Shown: piece by piece, positions 60,413 to 64,000 of the stretch | Layout: every line of letters starts with the position of its first letter | Position numbering within the stretch: the stretch's first letter is position 1 | Assembly: GCF_001194135.2 (NCBI RefSeq) | Contig: NC_068986.1 | Span: 99,411,360 to 99,475,359, forward strand | Length of the DNA: 64,000 nt | Origin: Octopus bimaculoides | Lineage: Eukaryota | Direction of reading: 5' to 3' | Notes under the pieces: generated by a model | Told to the model about the DNA's origin: nothing | The model's input: only the letters and a program-made list of their open reading frames with translations | Database searches by the model: none | Program-made: the position numbers and the translations under genes

Positions 60413-60775
60413 TTATTATCTCCGCCTAGTGAAGGCAGATGTATTGTTTTCAGTCGTGTTTGTTTGTTTGTTTGTTTGTTTGTCCGTGGACAAGATATCT
60501 CAAGAACCGCTGCATAGATTCGGATGAAACTGTCAAGGATGTTTGGCCTCGTGACTAGCACAAGCTGATTACATTTTGGGATCTATGCGGTACCGGACAA
60601 GGATTCTGGGTTATTTTTCCTGTCTTTTTTTACGTAACTTTTGAGAGCGGTCGTGTTCATTATTAGTATTCTCGTTTATGGGAGAGTTTACTTCAGATAT
60701 TCTCATTTTAAAAAATTATCTCTGGCTAATCATTGAGAGGACGTTGGTGTTGCCTTGGCGGAGGTTTGCGCTCTC
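60413..60775 (+). mobile_element. HINE/DINE-1-like non-autonomous Helentron
   Basis: Subterminal inverted repeats ctccgcctag (60420-60429) and cttggcggag (60754-60763), (GTTT)n core, 3' gcgctctc running into poly-T. Confidence 0.7.
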
Positions 60776-61093
60776 TTTTTTTTTTATATTTTCCACCACC
60801 TGGCATTTCCTTCAGCAAATTTCGCCGATATATACGACACGTGAGACCGAAAATGCCACGTCTATCACTCAAAATGGCGCATCTGTGCAACACTACACAT
60901 CAAACCTACTCAATCACGAGAAAAAGGAAATGAAGAAACGTCTCACCACTCAGAACAGGTTAGAAAAGATTTAAACCTTTTATGCACAACACTAAACTCA
61001 ATTTTCACAAACAAACTAGACAATGAGCAATTCTCAATAAATCGAATTCATACAAACACAAGTCCATCTAACAGAAAATTCACATTCTGGAAC

Positions 61094-61690
61094 ATGCTTA
61101 AAAATTCCAACAAGACAGAAATTTACGAACGCTGGATGAGTTCAACACCAATAGTTCTCCTCCGCAAATTACAAATTAAAAGAATCCCAAACGAAACTGA
61201 TGGACAGAGAGAAGTGAGAGAAAGATTAGCATTATATCGAATGAAAACAGAAATAGAACTACGTAAATTACGAGAATCGAACAATCAAGAAAAATACAAA
61301 AACATTGACGAAGCGATGCACAGGGAACTGAATAAACATAACAATGGACACTCTCTGGAAAACAGTACTAAACTTCGGATAGAAACATGTGAAGCTGAAG
61401 AAAGAAATTCCCTTCAACGCTGGGAGAAAAATGATAACTTCTTCCAACGTTATGTAGCAAACCTCAAAAACGCGTTTAATTCGGATAACCTCTTTATGAA
61501 AAAGACAGCAAAAAATTATCATACAGAATTGAACAAAGAACAAACTAACTTTAATTATGGATACATAAAAGAAAACAATTACACAGAACCAACCATACAC
61601 CGGGGAAAAATCGTTGACACACTAGAAATAGGGATCACACACAGCATAAAAATAGTAGACCTATGTTTGAAAGTTCCCAGCCGACCCTAA
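61094..61690 (+). CDS. Open 198-aa segment of the PLE N-terminal domain
   Basis: The longest gap-free ORF in the window; it lies directly upstream of, and on the same strand as, the PLE RT motifs; helical, charged composition. Confidence 0.55.
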   Translation: MLKNSNKTEIYERWMSSTPIVLLRKLQIKRIPNETDGQREVRERLALYRMKTEIELRKLRESNNQEKYKNIDEAMHRELNKHNNGHSLENSTKLRIETCEAEERNSLQRWEKNDNFFQRYVANLKNAFNSDNLFMKKTAKNYHTELNKEQTNFNYGYIKENNYTEPTIHRGKIVDTLEIGITHSIKIVDLCLKVPSRP

Positions 61691-62502
61691 ACCTTCGGAA
61701 AAACCAGATAATACTAGAAATAGGAATGTTCCGCAAACCAGAAACTTCAGAAAAAACTGCAGTATGGTTCGGGACTTTAATTCCCAAACAGGAATGAAAA
61801 AGGCACAAAGCACTATACCTAATGCCAATCAAAGGACCCTTAGATACATGAACACACACAACAACTCGACAGAGCGATATCATCACTCTTTTAAACCCAA
61901 ATCCCAACAGACACATCAACAACCCAAACTGACGCAGCCACAACGAACGTTTTTTTTTAGCTCCAGACCAGAAAAACAGGGACACACGTTGGAACATAAC
62001 ACACAGGAAATAGCCGAAGGTAGTTAACATATTAAGGGATTTACTGTTAACGATAAACGTCAATTTATTCTCAAAAGGGCTGAAATTCCCCACCAACTTT
62101 ACGCAGAGCCAACCAAAATGAAATTAAAGGTAGTGTAACGGGATTCTGCAGAAAACTAAGACTTACAGAAGCATTAGTTAACTCTAATATCGAAGAAGAT
62201 TCACTAGTTGAAAACAAAAGTAACCACATTCCTCACAAAGGTAGAAATAAAACACTCGACGAGTTCTGTAACCGCGTTGAAAACTTCCCTTGCCACACCT
62301 TGCATAAAACAAGAAGTTAACTCAAACTTCAGTACTATCCAATGGAAAGCGTTAATTGAATTACAAGATGATGATGAATCAACAATTAAAGAAGCCGATA
62401 AAGGGTGCGCAGTAGTAGTGATGGACATGGACTACTACAAAAACCTAGAGGTATCTATGTTGAATAATGAAAACTACTACGAGAATATAGAAGACAATGA
62501 AT

Positions 62503-62936
62503 AATCCTTTCTACTCCAGGCACAAGGCGCGAAATTTTTGGGAGGAGGGGCCAGTTGATTAGATCGGCACCAGTACGCAACTGGTATTTAATTTATCGAC
62601 TCCGAAAGAATGAAAGGCAAAGTAGACTTCGGCAGATTTTGAACTCAGAACGTAAAGACAGACGAAATACCGCTAAGCGTTTCGCCCGGCGTGCTAACGT
62701 TTCTTATTTCTTTATTGCACACAAGGGGCTAAACATAGAGGGGTCAAACAAGGACAGACAAAAGGATTAAGTCGATTACATCGACCCCAGTGCGTAACTG
62801 GTATTTAATTTATCGACCACGAAAGAATGAAAGGCAAAGTCGACCTCGGCGGAATTTGAACTCAGAACGTAACGGCAGACGAAATACTGCTAAGCATTTC
62901 GCCCGGCGTCCTAACGTTTCTGCCAGCTCGCCGCCT
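62503..62936 (-). mobile_element. Dimeric SINE-B inserted in the PLE RT
   Basis: A full monomer (62936 to about 62703) is followed by a head-truncated monomer starting gaaacgttagcacgccggg; the two have different tails; short taatc flanks. Confidence 0.9.
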
Positions 62937-63914
62937 TAATCTCCAAACATTAATGAAAAACATTTTGACATTAGTTCAACTCCACAAAAAAAAACCCAAC
63001 GAAAAAAGAAATAGACTACATAACTAGCTTTAAATGTGAACTCAGCCTCTTCTATGGCTTACCGAAAATTCATAAAAGTCAAGAGACCTTAAACTAATGT
63101 CCATTATAGCTGGACCATTCTGTGAAACGCACCGACTGAGTTGTTACTTCATTGATACCCTCTTGAGACCGCTTCTAAAATACATTAAAAGTTACATTAG
63201 AGTTTATTTGAACATGTTAAACTACCTCCCAAAAAGAGTAAAGGAAAAAAACATACTTATGGTCTCCTTTGATGTTGTTAACTTAATATCTACCATAATT
63301 ATGGACTAGAAGCAACTTAGTTCTGGCTGGGAAAATATCCAGAATAGACAAAATTAAAATTTAAGGTTCGTCTATATAAATTTACTGATAATTGTTTTTT
63401 AACACACCGAACTACTTGGTAAAATTACTAATTATAAATTAATTATTAATGTTTACCCTATATCTTTATGAATTTATTTTCTCCCTGATAGTAAACTGCA
63501 GTTTTCTGCGGGATTGCTCGTAGCGCACGTGGGTAATTGAGGAATTGAATACGGAATTCGTCTATAAGAATACGGAAATGTTGTCCTTGGATAATCATTT
63601 GATAAAATTTTCGTTGCGTCTTGCAACCTTTTTAATAGTTTTGACTCTGTCCGTTACTCACACTGCGTTCCTTTTTATTTGTTTGTGCACATGTGTGTGG
63701 ATCAGTGCGTGCCTATACATTCATGCATGTATGTATGCATCTATGTGTATGCATGTATGCGTGTGTGTGCATATGTATCTGTTTATGTGTGTACATTTGT
63801 ATGTATGTATTCTGCATATTCATATGATATTCTCAAAGGGGTACATCCTACATAGTTGTGATCTGACGGAGTTCCCTGGCATTTCAACAATCTTAATGTT
63901 GAGTTTGGTCTCCA

Positions 63915-64000
63915 TCAGAGCTCGGAGTATTTGAATTTAGAACGTAAGGGATCGGAAGAACTATTGTAAAGCCGTTTTTTCCAGCGCACTTCCGATTCTG
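63915..64000 (-). mobile_element. Degenerate SINE-B running off the window end
   Basis: ctcggagtatttgaatttagaacgtaag..cgattctg. Confidence 0.6.

Larger units (their letters stand above)
60990..63350 (+). mobile_element. Penelope-like element, 5' domain plus N-terminal RT, 3' truncated and interrupted by a SINE dimer
   Basis: LFSKGLKFP, FCRKLRLTE, NFSTIQWKALIELQDD..TIKEADKGCAVVVMD, FYGLPKIHKS, SIIAGPFCETHRLS..LLRPLL and SFDVVNL..GLEA are classic PLE RT motifs. Confidence 0.88.

Overview
This is AT-rich, intron-like or intergenic animal DNA with 17 N-gaps, most of them flanked by microsatellites. The repeat content (tRNA-derived SINE families, TA/CA/TACA/TATC microsatellites, TTAGGG-like repeats) suggests a coleoid cephalopod such as Octopus; this is inference, not a database match. 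No intact host gene, RNA gene or CRISPR array is supported, and most ORFs in the track are artefacts of gaps and microsatellites. The window is a transposon graveyard. It holds about 35 SINE copies built from interchangeable heads and tails (my labels SINE-A to SINE-E, tails X and Y). It also holds mariner and maT-like DNA transposons, Helitron/HINE-like elements, non-LTR retrotransposon remnants resembling four clades (L2/CR1, Hero, R4/Dong, L1/Tx1) and several Penelope-like elements (PLEs). The best leads are these: (1) eight decayed hammerhead-ribozyme-like motifs, most of them next to PLE remnants or inside short foldback elements near TA repeats, suggesting a non-autonomous PLE-derived, retrozyme-like family; (2) a TSD-bounded SINE insertion that contains a 105-bp copy of nearby target DNA, consistent with template switching; (3) all four head-by-tail SINE combinations in one window, plus a LINE whose 3' end matches a SINE tail; (4) a 50-bp near-perfect hairpin. 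All alignments and folds were done by eye. Coordinates are approximate for degenerate elements.
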